Shown: one piece after another, positions 39,999 to 50,096 of the stretch
How the letters are laid out: every line of letters starts with the position of its first letter
Position numbering within the stretch: position 1 is the stretch's first letter
Assembly: GCA_963664705.1 (NCBI GenBank)
Contig: OY761556.1
Coordinates: 832,001-896,000 of the forward strand
Direction of reading: 5' to 3'
Source of the DNA: Acidobacteriota bacterium
GTDB taxonomy: Bacteria > Acidobacteriota > UBA6911
DNA length: 64,000 nucleotides
Notes under the pieces: generated by a model
Seen by the model: only the letters and a program-made list of their open reading frames with translations
Database searches by the model: none
What the model was told of the DNA's origin: nothing
Program-made: the position numbers and the translations under genes

Positions 39999-40051
39999 TT
40001 CGTGGAATTCGTGGCTGACTTGCAGGTGCTTTTTGCCACGAATTCCACGAA
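39999..40051. repeat. GTGGAATTCG-family hairpin between convergent genes
   Basis: TTCGTGGAATTCGTGGC...GCCACGAATTCCACGAA 17-bp perfect stem. Confidence 0.7.
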
Positions 40052-40056
40052 TTATC

Positions 40057-41256
40057 CTATGCTTCCGCCTTAAGCTCTTTGACGCCTGCTCTGAAGAGTC
40101 TTTCTATGTCGGATTTGCTGTAGCCGAGCTCCGCAAGAATCGCATCCGTATGCTCGCCCGGGATCGGAGATGGACCGGATTTTTCCAGGGTCAGACCTCC
40201 AAAGTTCACCGGACCCGTTACAAATTTCGCCTTTCCTGCCTTTGGATGCTCCACTTCTTCCGTTATGCCAAGATGAAGAACCTGCGGGTCCTCGAGAACT
40301 TCCTTCATGTTGTATAACGGGCTCGCCGGGACATCGGCTTCTTCCAGGAGCCGCAGCCACTCTTCCCGGTTCCTGGTCGTGAAAGTTGGCGCCAGTTCTT
40401 TTTCAAGGATCTCGAAATTATTGCGTCGGTCATTGCGCGTCTTGAATCTCGGATCATCCGCAATTTCCATTCGATCCGCGGTTTTCAAGAGCGCAAGCCA
40501 GAATTTTTCCGGCACCGAGCAATGAATGGCCAAAGGCAATTGATCCTTCGTGACAAACGCAAATGCATGGCCGTTCTTGACCCGGGCAATGCGCGTTGGG
40601 ACCGTGCCGGTAGCAAAATACCCGGCAGCCGTCTCGCCGATGAATGACAGTGTCGCCTGCAGCAGCGATGTTTCTACATTCAGTCCCTGTCCAGTATTCT
40701 GCCGTGACATCAATCCGGCGAGAATTCCGTAGGCAGCCGAAAACCCTGTTATGTAGTCGGATAGGGCAATTCCCATGATCTTGGGCTCATCCGGATCGGC
40801 GAGCAAGCCCAGCAAGCCGCTCATCGCCTGACCCAGCGTGTCAAAGCCAGGCTTTTTTGCATAGGGGCCTGATTTGCCGAATGCCGAGATTGAGCAATAG
40901 ACCAGCCTGGAATTCAATGCGCGCAAGGTTTCATAGCCCAGACCAAGGCGATCCGCGACGCCTGGACGGAAATTCTCCACAAAAACATCGGCTTTGCTGG
41001 CCAGATCAATGCAGACCTTTTTGCCTTCAGGTGTTTTCAGGTCCAGAAGAATACTTTCTTTATTGCGATGCAAATGGGCAAAATTGGGGCTGTAGTATTC
41101 GCCCGGAGCAAAATAACGATAGGGATCGCCCTCAGGCGGTGACTCGATTTTAATGACACGTGCACCCAGATCAGCCAATAAAGCGGTAGCATACGGCCCA
41201 GTGACATAGGTGGCACATTCAACGACTGTAATATCTTTAAGCACAGAAACTGGCAT
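40057..41256 (-). CDS. family III CoA-transferase (CaiB/BaiF)
   Basis: GPYATALLADLGARVIKIE, RNKES, ENFRPG, catalytic ALSDY, GEHTD; RBS AAGGAG. Confidence 0.92.
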   Translation of the reverse strand: MPVSVLKDITVVECATYVTGPYATALLADLGARVIKIESPPEGDPYRYFAPGEYYSPNFAHLHRNKESILLDLKTPEGKKVCIDLASKADVFVENFRPGVADRLGLGYETLRALNSRLVYCSISAFGKSGPYAKKPGFDTLGQAMSGLLGLLADPDEPKIMGIALSDYITGFSAAYGILAGLMSRQNTGQGLNVETSLLQATLSFIGETAAGYFATGTVPTRIARVKNGHAFAFVTKDQLPLAIHCSVPEKFWLALLKTADRMEIADDPRFKTRNDRRNNFEILEKELAPTFTTRNREEWLRLLEEADVPASPLYNMKEVLEDPQVLHLGITEEVEHPKAGKAKFVTGPVNFGGLTLEKSGPSPIPGEHTDAILAELGYSKSDIERLFRAGVKELKAEA

Positions 41257-41555
41257 CTTCAACTCCTTAAATGATTCCACAAAAGAGGGCATTATACCCA
41301 TTCTGTCAAGTTTACTGGGCCCAGCTGTGCCTAATTGCAGGCAATCGAGCATTTCCTGCCGGGATATCGACTTTGTTTTTCATTGGGAAAATGATTTGGT
41401 GGTCTTGGAGTTTGACGACTTTGCTTGACAGTGCCCCCGGGATTTCACGAGAATTGCACAAAACGAATTTTCTTTTAAAGCAGCCCCAGAAATAACACGG
41501 GAGCATTGGTAAACACGGAGGCTGAGTTTTCCTATACGCAGAAAGGAAGGCCGGT

Positions 41556-42311
41556 ATGTCGTTAGAAGGCAAGGTTGTGTTCGTGACAGGGGCTTCAATG
41601 CCGAAGGGCATTGGAAAGGCTATAGCCCTTACATTAGCCAAGCAGGGAGCTGACGTGGCCGTGAGTGGCTACAATCATATGGAAGGGGCATACGCAATTG
41701 CCGATGAAATAAAGGCGCTGGGCCGGAAATCCATGGCTGTCAAAATGGATGTTCGCAATTATCCGGATGTCAAGCAGGCCTTTGCCGACATAAAGAAGGA
41801 ACTTGGATCGGTGAGCATCCTGGTAAACAACGCCGCGCTCATGGGACACAATGTTTCGATTGCAAAGACCACGGTGGAGGAGTGGGATAATGAAGTCAAG
41901 ACATGTCTCAATTCGGCTTTTTACTGCATCAAAGAGGCGTGGGCGGATATGTGTGCCGGCAAGTGGGGCCGCATTATCAACATTACCTCTGTTGCCGGCG
42001 TCATCGGCGGTTATGGCCAGTCGAGCTATGGTGCTGCTAAGGGGGGCATGATTGCCCTTGCCAAGTCTGCTGCGCTGGAAGGATCCCGGTTCAATGTCAC
42101 AGCGAACTGTGTGGCGGTCGGGATATCTTCTACCGACGGATATGATCTTCTTCCTCAGCCGGTGCGTGAGAAGGTCGAAAAGAAAACAGCGGTGGGCCGG
42201 CCGGCCGATACTCAGGAAATAGCGGACGCTGTCGCGTTCATCGCGGGCGGGGGGTATATGACCGGCGCCGTGGTGAATATGCTGGGAGGCCTCGATCTTT
42301 TCGTATTCTGA
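41556..42311 (+). CDS. short-chain dehydrogenase/reductase (FabG-like)
   Basis: TGAS..GIG, LVNNA, ITS, YGAAK. Confidence 0.9.
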   Translation: MSLEGKVVFVTGASMPKGIGKAIALTLAKQGADVAVSGYNHMEGAYAIADEIKALGRKSMAVKMDVRNYPDVKQAFADIKKELGSVSILVNNAALMGHNVSIAKTTVEEWDNEVKTCLNSAFYCIKEAWADMCAGKWGRIINITSVAGVIGGYGQSSYGAAKGGMIALAKSAALEGSRFNVTANCVAVGISSTDGYDLLPQPVREKVEKKTAVGRPADTQEIADAVAFIAGGGYMTGAVVNMLGGLDLFVF

Positions 42312-42330
42312 TTCTGGCAGCTAAAACTTT

Positions 42331-42359
42331 GTGGAATTCGAGACAGCCGCGAATTCCAT
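42331..42359. repeat. GTGGAATTCG-family hairpin between convergent genes
   Basis: GTGGAATTCG...CGAATTCCAT. Confidence 0.55.
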
Positions 42360-42419
42360 GGACTGTTATTTGCACAATTTGCCGAGATGGGTTTAGCCAG
42401 GGTTGAATCGTTTTGCCTG

Positions 42420-42611
42420 TTATGCGTAGACGTCAAGCTGACCTTGGTTTGCCTGAGGCAACGATTCTTCCATCATCTGGATGAGTGCGGAGCCTTCCTG
42501 CTGGGCAATGTCGTTGGTTTTTTTCAGCACGGCCAGTCCGGCTTCACGACTGACACTTTGGAGTGCAGCACTGCCGGCAAGCAGCGATACAGCAGATATA
42601 GGATTTCCCAT
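42420..42611 (-). CDS. small YjfB-like (putative motility) protein
   Basis: AVLKKTNDIAQQEGSALIQMM...GQLDVYA pattern. Confidence 0.65.
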   Translation of the reverse strand: MGNPISAVSLLAGSAALQSVSREAGLAVLKKTNDIAQQEGSALIQMMEESLPQANQGQLDVYA

Positions 42612-42677
42612 ATTTGCTGTATCGGTAAAAGAGCTGCCGGCCTTTAGCCGGAACATCGTCCGGCCAGGATTTATCTG

Positions 42678-44834
42678 TTATCGAGGCTTGGAAATAATTA
42701 TTCTCGCGTCGACGGCAATGCAGCCGTCGGTGTAGGGGAAGACCGGGTTGAAGTCCACTTCCTCAATCTGCGGCTGTTCTTCCAGCAGTTTTCCCAGCGA
42801 GACGAGGACGTTGGCAATCGACTCCACGTTCATCGGGCCTCTGCCGCGCACTCCTTTGATCAAGGCCGGCGGGAGCGTTCCAAGGATCAGCTTTTTCGCA
42901 TCATCAAAAGTGAGGGGGGCGAGGCGGAAGCCAACCATTTTCAACGCCTCTACATAAATCCCTCCCATGCCGAACATTACCGTCGGTCCGAAGGATTTAT
43001 CCCGGAGCGCTCCGATTACGAGTTCCGTGTTCGAAGGCATCATCTTCTGAATCAATACACTCATCTTGGTCAGCTTGGGCGCTGCTTTTTTTATATTTGC
43101 GACGAGCTGTTCATAGGATGTTTTCAAAGCGTCATCCGATGTTATTCCCAGCATGACGCCGCCGGCATCTGTCTTGTGGAGAATTTCTTCCGAAACCACC
43201 TTTAATGCAACCGGGTATCCAATTTCCTTGGCGGCCGCAATGGCATTGTCGATGGAATCCGTTACGCGGAAGGGCGGCACCTTGATGCCGTACTCCGTGC
43301 ATACTTCGTAGGCTTCAGGTTCCAGCAGGCTGACCCGATCTTTCTTTAGAGCCCCAGCAATAATTCCCGCGGATTGGTTTTTCGGATTGGGCTGGTATTG
43401 AGGACTATCGGCTTTTTCGGAATGGGCTTTGCGGTAAGCTCCGTATGTCGCCATGTTTCCGGCAACCCTGGCCAGCATATCGGAATACTCGAAGGTGGGC
43501 AAACCCGCATCCTCCAAACCCTGCCTTGCGTTGAAGGCAAACTCTCCGAAAGTCACGGCATTCAGAAACGTCTTCCCGCCTTGCTGCGCCTGGCAGGCTT
43601 CCGCAATTTCCTTCACCAGGAGTTTCTGGTCGAGAAATGCGCTCGGTGCCAGGATCTGCAGTACCATATCAATGTTCTTATCTTGGAACAGTATTTGCAG
43701 GACCTGGTTGTGGAGCTTTTCGTAATGAGCCGCAGTCAAATCGACATATCCGTCAGGGTGGCCGATATTAGCCATCGGGGCACAAATGCTCTTCAATGTT
43801 TTTTCGGTTTCGGGCGAAAGCTTCGCCAGTTGCAGTTCCTGGGTTGCAGAGAGCTCATCCATGCAGATGGTTCCCGGTCCGCCCATATGCGTGAGAATGG
43901 ACACTCGATTGCCTGTTGGAACCGGCTGTTTCGCAAAGGCTCGCACGGTGTCGTAGAATTCAAGAATGGTCCTGGCGCGGATAATGCCCGCTTGTTTGAA
44001 TGCGCCTTCGTAAATGGCATCGGATCCGGCCACCGAACCGGTATGAGACAGCGCAGCCTTTGAGCCGATGTCGCTTTTCCCGGTTTTCATGACCACGATG
44101 GGCTTTACCGCACTGACTTCGCGCGCGATTTCAAAAAACTCCCTTGGGTTCGAGAACCCTTCCATGTACAGCGCGATAACGCGCGTGGACTCATCATCTT
44201 TGAGATAGCTCAGGAGTTCGCCCATGGTGACGTCAGCCATGTTTCCAATAGAAGCGAACTTGCTGAGGCCGATCAGGCGCATTCTCTCGGCCCAGAAAAC
44301 AAACGAATTGGCGAAGGCTCCGCTCTGAGTCAGGATGCTTACTCCGCCTTTGGGATAGGTGGCAATGTCGAAATTTGTGTTGAATCCGCTGTAGGTATCG
44401 AATACGCCAACGCAATTAGGCCCGATGAGTCTGATCCCGGAGGATCTTAGGGACTGGACAAGATCATGTTCCCGCTTTTTTCCCTCCGGAGTGCCCAATT
44501 CTCCAAATCCCGCAGACATGCAAATGGCGGCGGTGACATCGTTGTGTTTGCTCTTTCGCTGAACGAGTTCCTGGGCGACCTGCATCGTTAGATCTGCGGA
44601 GACGAGCAAAACGCAGGCATCCACCGGTTCCGGGATTTCCAGCATGTTTTTATAGCAGCGATGGCCCAGAATGGATTCCTCTCGCGGATTAATCGGGAAG
44701 ATTTTACCCTGATAGCCCATGGCGATAAGGTTCTTAAATGCTGTATTGCCAACCTTTTTGGGATCAGAGGACGCTCCGACAATGGCTACGCTTTTCGGCC
44801 TAAAGAATGCGTCTAATGAAGAAATCTGTCCCAT
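42678..44834 (-). CDS. ADP-forming acyl-CoA synthetase (ACD, fused alpha-beta)
   Basis: VAIVGAS, IGPNCVG, SIGNMAD, phospho-His SHTGS, C-terminal ATP-grasp HKTDAGGV, DFNP...VDARI. Confidence 0.92.
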   Translation of the reverse strand: MGQISSLDAFFRPKSVAIVGASSDPKKVGNTAFKNLIAMGYQGKIFPINPREESILGHRCYKNMLEIPEPVDACVLLVSADLTMQVAQELVQRKSKHNDVTAAICMSAGFGELGTPEGKKREHDLVQSLRSSGIRLIGPNCVGVFDTYSGFNTNFDIATYPKGGVSILTQSGAFANSFVFWAERMRLIGLSKFASIGNMADVTMGELLSYLKDDESTRVIALYMEGFSNPREFFEIAREVSAVKPIVVMKTGKSDIGSKAALSHTGSVAGSDAIYEGAFKQAGIIRARTILEFYDTVRAFAKQPVPTGNRVSILTHMGGPGTICMDELSATQELQLAKLSPETEKTLKSICAPMANIGHPDGYVDLTAAHYEKLHNQVLQILFQDKNIDMVLQILAPSAFLDQKLLVKEIAEACQAQQGGKTFLNAVTFGEFAFNARQGLEDAGLPTFEYSDMLARVAGNMATYGAYRKAHSEKADSPQYQPNPKNQSAGIIAGALKKDRVSLLEPEAYEVCTEYGIKVPPFRVTDSIDNAIAAAKEIGYPVALKVVSEEILHKTDAGGVMLGITSDDALKTSYEQLVANIKKAAPKLTKMSVLIQKMMPSNTELVIGALRDKSFGPTVMFGMGGIYVEALKMVGFRLAPLTFDDAKKLILGTLPPALIKGVRGRGPMNVESIANVLVSLGKLLEEQPQIEEVDFNPVFPYTDGCIAVDARIIISKPR

Positions 44835-45478
44835 ACGTCTCTCCCGTTTCTGTCCATAATTGTTTTAAGTAGGGCACTTTCCATCCCTTGAGCGGTTCCC
44901 AAGGCAAAGAGCAAATAATCCTGTTCCAGATAATCGGGTTACGTTATCAACATGTTTGATTAGGCGTCAAGAAGCAATTTTGCCGCTGGGTTCCATCTGC
45001 TGGAACATGGGTCCAGGCATGGGCATTTCGTCCTTGACTATGATTCTCGGTCCCTCCTATTCTATCTCCCGGAATCTGAGATTTTGCTGCGCATGCACTA
45101 TCTTATTCAGTGCGCGTGTGTGATTTCGAAGAAGTGAACCGACAAGAAGCGGGTAAGGCGTAGGCCAGTGGGTGGCGACTCCTCCCCGTAGCCGCCGTGA
45201 AATAGAATCCCCATGTTTACCAGCGTGATTTTTTTCAGAGTCGGCAGCTTGTTATGGAACTGCCTCGAGTAGACTGGGCTTGGAAAGCGGTCATGCTGTG
45301 ATGGTGTTAAAACAATGCATCAATGTTGATGGGAGAAGATATCCTTCGGTTTTGCGGAAAGCGTATGACCTGTTTCAAAGAGCCAATAGCTTTGCATTCC
45401 TATCTTCATTACCTAAAGGCCCCAAGGCAAGAGCCTGACCAAGAGAGTCGCTAAGGATTTATTCGAAAGGAGCTGGAA

Positions 45479-46666
45479 ATGTTTAAAAATGTATATGTTC
45501 CCTACAAAGGATACTGGAGCTCACCTTTTTGTAAATGGCAGGAATCGCTGCAGAATCAGCATGCTGTAAAACTGGCCGCTTCCACGGCGAAGAAATTTTT
45601 TGAATTGCGCGGGATCACGCCGGACATCTTTGACGGCATCGTTTTCGGCACGACTATTCCGCAGAAAATGTGGTTTTATGATGCCCCGTGGTTTGCCACG
45701 CTGATGGGCAATCCAAATATCAGCGGCCCCCGGATTTCTCAGGCATGCGCTACGTCCACAGTTTCGATCAATGTTGCTTCATCCTTCATTGAAGCGGGGA
45801 ACAATTCCAACATGCTGGTGGCCACTGCTGACCGGTCATCGAATTGCCCGAACATTCTCTGGCCGAATCCGGCAGGTCTCGGTGGCAAGCCGGATTTCGA
45901 GAGCTGGATGCTGGATGGCTTTAACTTTGAGCCGACAGGCGACACAGGTCCACTGGGCACAGCCAATAACGTTGTAAAGGAACATGGCATTACCCGAGAA
46001 GAGTCCGATGCCCTGGTTCTGGATCGATATAACAAATACCTGATGTCAACCGCGAATGACCGCGAATTCCAGAAGCGCTATATGCTTCCGGTTGAAGTCG
46101 TAATTTCCAAGAAAAAATCCATATTCGTTGAAGCGGACGAGGGCATTTCTCCGTGCACAGCTGAAGGCCTGGCCGCTCTTAGACCGATGCCGGATTCGAT
46201 TATGACTGTTGGCGCCCAGACACACGCCGCCGATGGCAATGCCGGTATGATTATCACCACCAAGGACAAGGCTGCTTCGCTGTCCGCTGACAAGAGCGTG
46301 ACCATCCAGATCCTTTCCTATGGTTTTGCGCGCGTGAAGAAAGCCCACATGCCGGATGCCCCAGTTCCAGCTTCGCAGAATGCTTTGGAAAAAGCGGGGA
46401 TCAAGGTTTCCGATCTCAAGGCTGTCAAAACCCACAATCCGTTTTCCGTCAATGACATCATCATGAGAAAACAGATGGGGATCGATGAGAAGATCTTCAA
46501 CAATTACGGAAGCTCTCTGATTTTCGGACACCCCCAGGGCCCAACGGTAATGAGATTGGCCATCGAATGCATCGAAGAGCTGGTTATCAAGGGCGGCGGT
46601 TATGGACTCGTGGCCGGTTGCGCCGCAGGCGATTCAGGTGCCGCTATTGTGCTCAAAGTGAACTAA
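45479..46666 (+). CDS. thiolase family protein
   Basis: QACATS nucleophile, ADGNAG, THNPF (NEAF position), GHPQG, GCAAG. Confidence 0.9.
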   Translation: MFKNVYVPYKGYWSSPFCKWQESLQNQHAVKLAASTAKKFFELRGITPDIFDGIVFGTTIPQKMWFYDAPWFATLMGNPNISGPRISQACATSTVSINVASSFIEAGNNSNMLVATADRSSNCPNILWPNPAGLGGKPDFESWMLDGFNFEPTGDTGPLGTANNVVKEHGITREESDALVLDRYNKYLMSTANDREFQKRYMLPVEVVISKKKSIFVEADEGISPCTAEGLAALRPMPDSIMTVGAQTHAADGNAGMIITTKDKAASLSADKSVTIQILSYGFARVKKAHMPDAPVPASQNALEKAGIKVSDLKAVKTHNPFSVNDIIMRKQMGIDEKIFNNYGSSLIFGHPQGPTVMRLAIECIEELVIKGGGYGLVAGCAAGDSGAAIVLKVN

Positions 46667-46697
46667 TACGCAGACGATACGTGAAGGAGAAATCCAA

Positions 46698-48707
46698 ATG
46701 ACGGTAAAAAATCTGTATCCAGTTTTTCAGAATCCTTACCTGATTAAGCCCACCCGGCCCATCCCCAAGGAAATGGCCGTGGTCGGATCCGGAACCATCG
46801 GTCCCGATATTGCCTATGGTTTTCGCGTTGCTTTTCCTCAAATGAAGCTGTTCCTCGTGGACGTAGCGGAAGAGCCCCTCAAGAAGGCAAAGGCACGCTT
46901 TGAAGGCTATGCCCAAAAGGGCGTGGAAAGAAAAACGATCAAGCCCGAGCTGGTGGAAGCAATCCTGGGCGGTATCGTGTACACCACCGATTACAGCCAG
47001 CTGAAAAACTGCGAACTCGTGATCGAAGCCGCGACGGAAAACCTGGATCTGAAAAAGAAGATCCTCTCGCAGATCGAAGCAGTCGTGAGTAAGGATGCGA
47101 TCATCACATCCAACACCAGCGGTATCCTGGCGCATCAGATCTTCAGCCATCTGAACAACCCGGAAAGAACCACGAACACCCATTTCTTCGAACCGGCATG
47201 GCGTAGCATGGGAGTCGAGGTCATCAACTGGGAAAAGGCGAATCCTGAGACCGTTAACTGGCTGCTCTGGTTCTTCGCCCAAGCGGGCAAAGCTCCGATT
47301 GCGGCACAGGATGCATTTTCCTTTGTGCTTAATAGATTGTTTGAAACCTGGGGCAGTGAGACTGCCTGGATGCTGCCAAAGGCCACCAGCAAGGAAATCG
47401 ACTTCATCAGCGAACAGTTCCTGGGCGCTGGTCCTTTCGGTATTATGACCAATCCTCTGACCTATTCATCCATGATGAGAAGAACGGCTGAAGGAGAGTG
47501 CTACACTCCGTCCAGACTGCTCTTGTCCGTCGATAAATGGGCTGCGAACAAGCCCCGCACCAAGGTTGAGGTGGATCCTGAGCTGGCAGAATGGATTCGC
47601 ATGCGCTTCCTCGGATGCGTCTTCTCCCAGGCTTTCGATATCGCCGACAGAAATATCGGTACCAGCAGCGATCTGAATTTCGGCAGCATGATCGCTCTGG
47701 GCTACAAAAAGGGCATCTTCGATCTGATGGCCAGCCTTGGAGCCGAAAAGGTGAAAGGCTACATCGAAAAGTTCGATAAGGAACGTCCTGGTTACCCGAA
47801 GCCGGCAAAGCCCATTCAGGATTACCTCGATTTCCCGCGCGACATCCTGGTCGACAAAAAGGATGGCATCATCATCCTGACTCAGCGCAGGCCGCAGGCA
47901 GCCAATGCTCTGAGCGACAAAACCTGCAACGAGATTCTTGCCGAGCTCAAGAAGGGCGAGGCGGATTCTTCCGTGAAGGGATTTGTGATTACCGGTTACG
48001 GCCCGAAGGCTTTCTGCGCGGGCGCCGATATCGGCGGATTCGTGGCGACTTTCGGCAATCACGAGAAGGGACAGGCGTTGTCTCGTGGAAATTCCAAAGT
48101 CCTCGAATACATCGACAAGATGAGCAAGCCCGTGGTTGCAGCTCTCAACGGACTTGCCATGGGCGGCGGCACGGAACTTGCCACTCGCTGCCACAGCATG
48201 GTTGCGATGGAAAAGGCCTTCATGCAACTGCCGGAAATCACCCTGGGCATGATCCCCGGGATGGGCGGTGTTGTGATCCCGTATCGTAGATGGCCCAAAG
48301 CCGCTGCGAAATTCCATGCCATGATCAGCCAGTCCGAAAGACTGACGGTTCAAGAGGCAGCGGAAATCGGAATCGTGAAGAAGATCGTCAAGACCTTCCC
48401 CGAGTTGATTGATGCGGCAATCGCTGAAGTCAACGCGCTCCAGGGAAATGTCCCCAGAATTCCAGATGGACCGGTGGATATCCCCGAGTACAAGATCCCG
48501 GATGCCCCTATGGCCGGTGAACTTCCGCTCAGCAAGGAAATCCTTGGCATCATCTTCGGCATCGTCAGCAAGGCAGCCAAAGCCAAGACCCTGGCTGAAG
48601 CGCTGGAAATTGCCTATCTCGGTGCCGGCGACATTTCCTGCGCCCCGGATTGCAAGGAAGGCGTCAACGCATTCTTGGAAAAGAGAAAGCCCAACTTCGC
48701 CAAATAG
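46698..48707 (+). CDS. 3-hydroxyacyl-CoA dehydrogenase/enoyl-CoA hydratase fusion (HAD N-terminal)
   Basis: GSGTIG, IEAATENL, SNTS, HFF; C-terminal AFCAGADI, GGGTE, LPEITLG, AFLEKRKPNF. Confidence 0.92.
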   Translation: MTVKNLYPVFQNPYLIKPTRPIPKEMAVVGSGTIGPDIAYGFRVAFPQMKLFLVDVAEEPLKKAKARFEGYAQKGVERKTIKPELVEAILGGIVYTTDYSQLKNCELVIEAATENLDLKKKILSQIEAVVSKDAIITSNTSGILAHQIFSHLNNPERTTNTHFFEPAWRSMGVEVINWEKANPETVNWLLWFFAQAGKAPIAAQDAFSFVLNRLFETWGSETAWMLPKATSKEIDFISEQFLGAGPFGIMTNPLTYSSMMRRTAEGECYTPSRLLLSVDKWAANKPRTKVEVDPELAEWIRMRFLGCVFSQAFDIADRNIGTSSDLNFGSMIALGYKKGIFDLMASLGAEKVKGYIEKFDKERPGYPKPAKPIQDYLDFPRDILVDKKDGIIILTQRRPQAANALSDKTCNEILAELKKGEADSSVKGFVITGYGPKAFCAGADIGGFVATFGNHEKGQALSRGNSKVLEYIDKMSKPVVAALNGLAMGGGTELATRCHSMVAMEKAFMQLPEITLGMIPGMGGVVIPYRRWPKAAAKFHAMISQSERLTVQEAAEIGIVKKIVKTFPELIDAAIAEVNALQGNVPRIPDGPVDIPEYKIPDAPMAGELPLSKEILGIIFGIVSKAAKAKTLAEALEIAYLGAGDISCAPDCKEGVNAFLEKRKPNFAK

Positions 48708-48728
48708 TTGAAGCTTGGTTGGCAGTAG

Positions 48729-48775
48729 TCGCCAGTCGTCAGCGAGATATCGCCGATGACTGGCGATTTTTTTTT
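48729..48775 (+). terminator. rho-independent terminator overlapping the 3' end of the convergent MFS gene
   Basis: TCGCCAGTC...GACTGGCGA followed by T9. Confidence 0.8.
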
Positions 48776-49950
48776 GTGTTCTCCGTGATGATCAGGACAA
48801 TCAGGGCGATGGCAACGAATCCTGCGCCCGTCCAGCAAACCCCATTCCATCCAAATCTCTCGTACATCGCAGCGCCCGTTTGCGAGCCTATGGCGCCGCC
48901 AAGGAAATAGAGGGTCATATATCCGGTGGTCAGCCTGGATCGAGATCCCGGATTCAGCCGGTAAATCTCACTTTGGTTGGTGATCTGCATTCCGTGAACT
49001 CCGAAGTCCATCAGGATAATCCCGAATACCAGCCAGGCCAGACTGTCGGCTCCAAGCGCGATTGGCAGCCAGGAGACGAGCGTGCACAGGAGAAATGCAG
49101 GGGTCTGGTATCGTGCCCAGCCACGGTCTGCAAGGCGACCGGCTACGGGCGAAGCAATAACGCCGGATACCGCTACCAGTCCGAATAAGCCAATGATTCT
49201 GGCGGAGTAATGATAGGGAGAGCCGGACAGTAGAAACGAAGCCGTTGTCCAGAAGGCTGAAAATCCGGCGAATACGCAGGCGCCATAAATCGAGCGGTGC
49301 TGAAGCACGCGTTCCGTCCGCAAAAGATGCCAGACGCTCTTCATCAGGTGCGAATAGGAGGGAACGCCGATCTCCCGGTGTACAGGCAGTTCCCGGTGCA
49401 ATACGCAAACCAGCGCGAAGACAAGAAGTGCTGCCAGGATATAGATAGCGCGCCAGCCAAGATAGTCCGCAACAAATCCTGCAAATGTGCGGGCGGTAAG
49501 CATCCCGATGAGCAGCCCGCTCATAACCGTTCCTACCACGAGACCGCGCTCATGCTCAGCGGCCAAGGATGCGGAAAATGGCACCGCCACCTGGGCGACA
49601 ACCGAGGTCACGCCGACAATGAGACTGGCCATGGCCAGCACGACCAGATTGGGCGAAAAAGCAGCGGCAAACAGGCCGATTGCTGAAATGCCAAGCAGTC
49701 CCGTGATCAGACGGCGACGCTCCAGCAGATCACCCAGAGGCACGACTGCAGCCAGACCCAGCGCATAGCCGACCTGGCTGGAAGTGACTAGAAGGCTGGT
49801 GGCGCGCCGAGTGACATTCAGATGATGCGAAATGATCGCAAGAAGCGGTTGAGCATAATAATTACTGGCAACGGCAGTTCCGGCGGTAACCGCCAGCAGG
49901 AGAACCAGCCGTCGTTGTATCGAATCCGATTCACGGAGGGGAGAATGCAT
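48739..49950 (-). CDS. MFS transporter
   Basis: NYYAQPLL, PLGDLLERRRL, GRLADRG; about 12 hydrophobic segments. Confidence 0.92.
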   Translation of the reverse strand: MHSPLRESDSIQRRLVLLLAVTAGTAVASNYYAQPLLAIISHHLNVTRRATSLLVTSSQVGYALGLAAVVPLGDLLERRRLITGLLGISAIGLFAAAFSPNLVVLAMASLIVGVTSVVAQVAVPFSASLAAEHERGLVVGTVMSGLLIGMLTARTFAGFVADYLGWRAIYILAALLVFALVCVLHRELPVHREIGVPSYSHLMKSVWHLLRTERVLQHRSIYGACVFAGFSAFWTTASFLLSGSPYHYSARIIGLFGLVAVSGVIASPVAGRLADRGWARYQTPAFLLCTLVSWLPIALGADSLAWLVFGIILMDFGVHGMQITNQSEIYRLNPGSRSRLTTGYMTLYFLGGAIGSQTGAAMYERFGWNGVCWTGAGFVAIALIVLIITENTKKNRQSSAISR

Positions 49951-50096
49951 AAATTCCTATTGTGAAACGTCGGATTATATCACGCCAAATTTCCAATATC
50001 GGCGTTCGACCCGATACTGAAAATTTTTCACCGGATTTCACGAGTGGGAGTTTTTATTGTATAGTCACAATCGGAAAACTTGATGAAGGGACCAAG

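Noticed and set aside
41291-41309. Perfect TTGACA and TATAAT hexamers upstream of caiB on the minus strand
   Set aside because: Only 7 nt apart, so they cannot form one sigma-70 promoter
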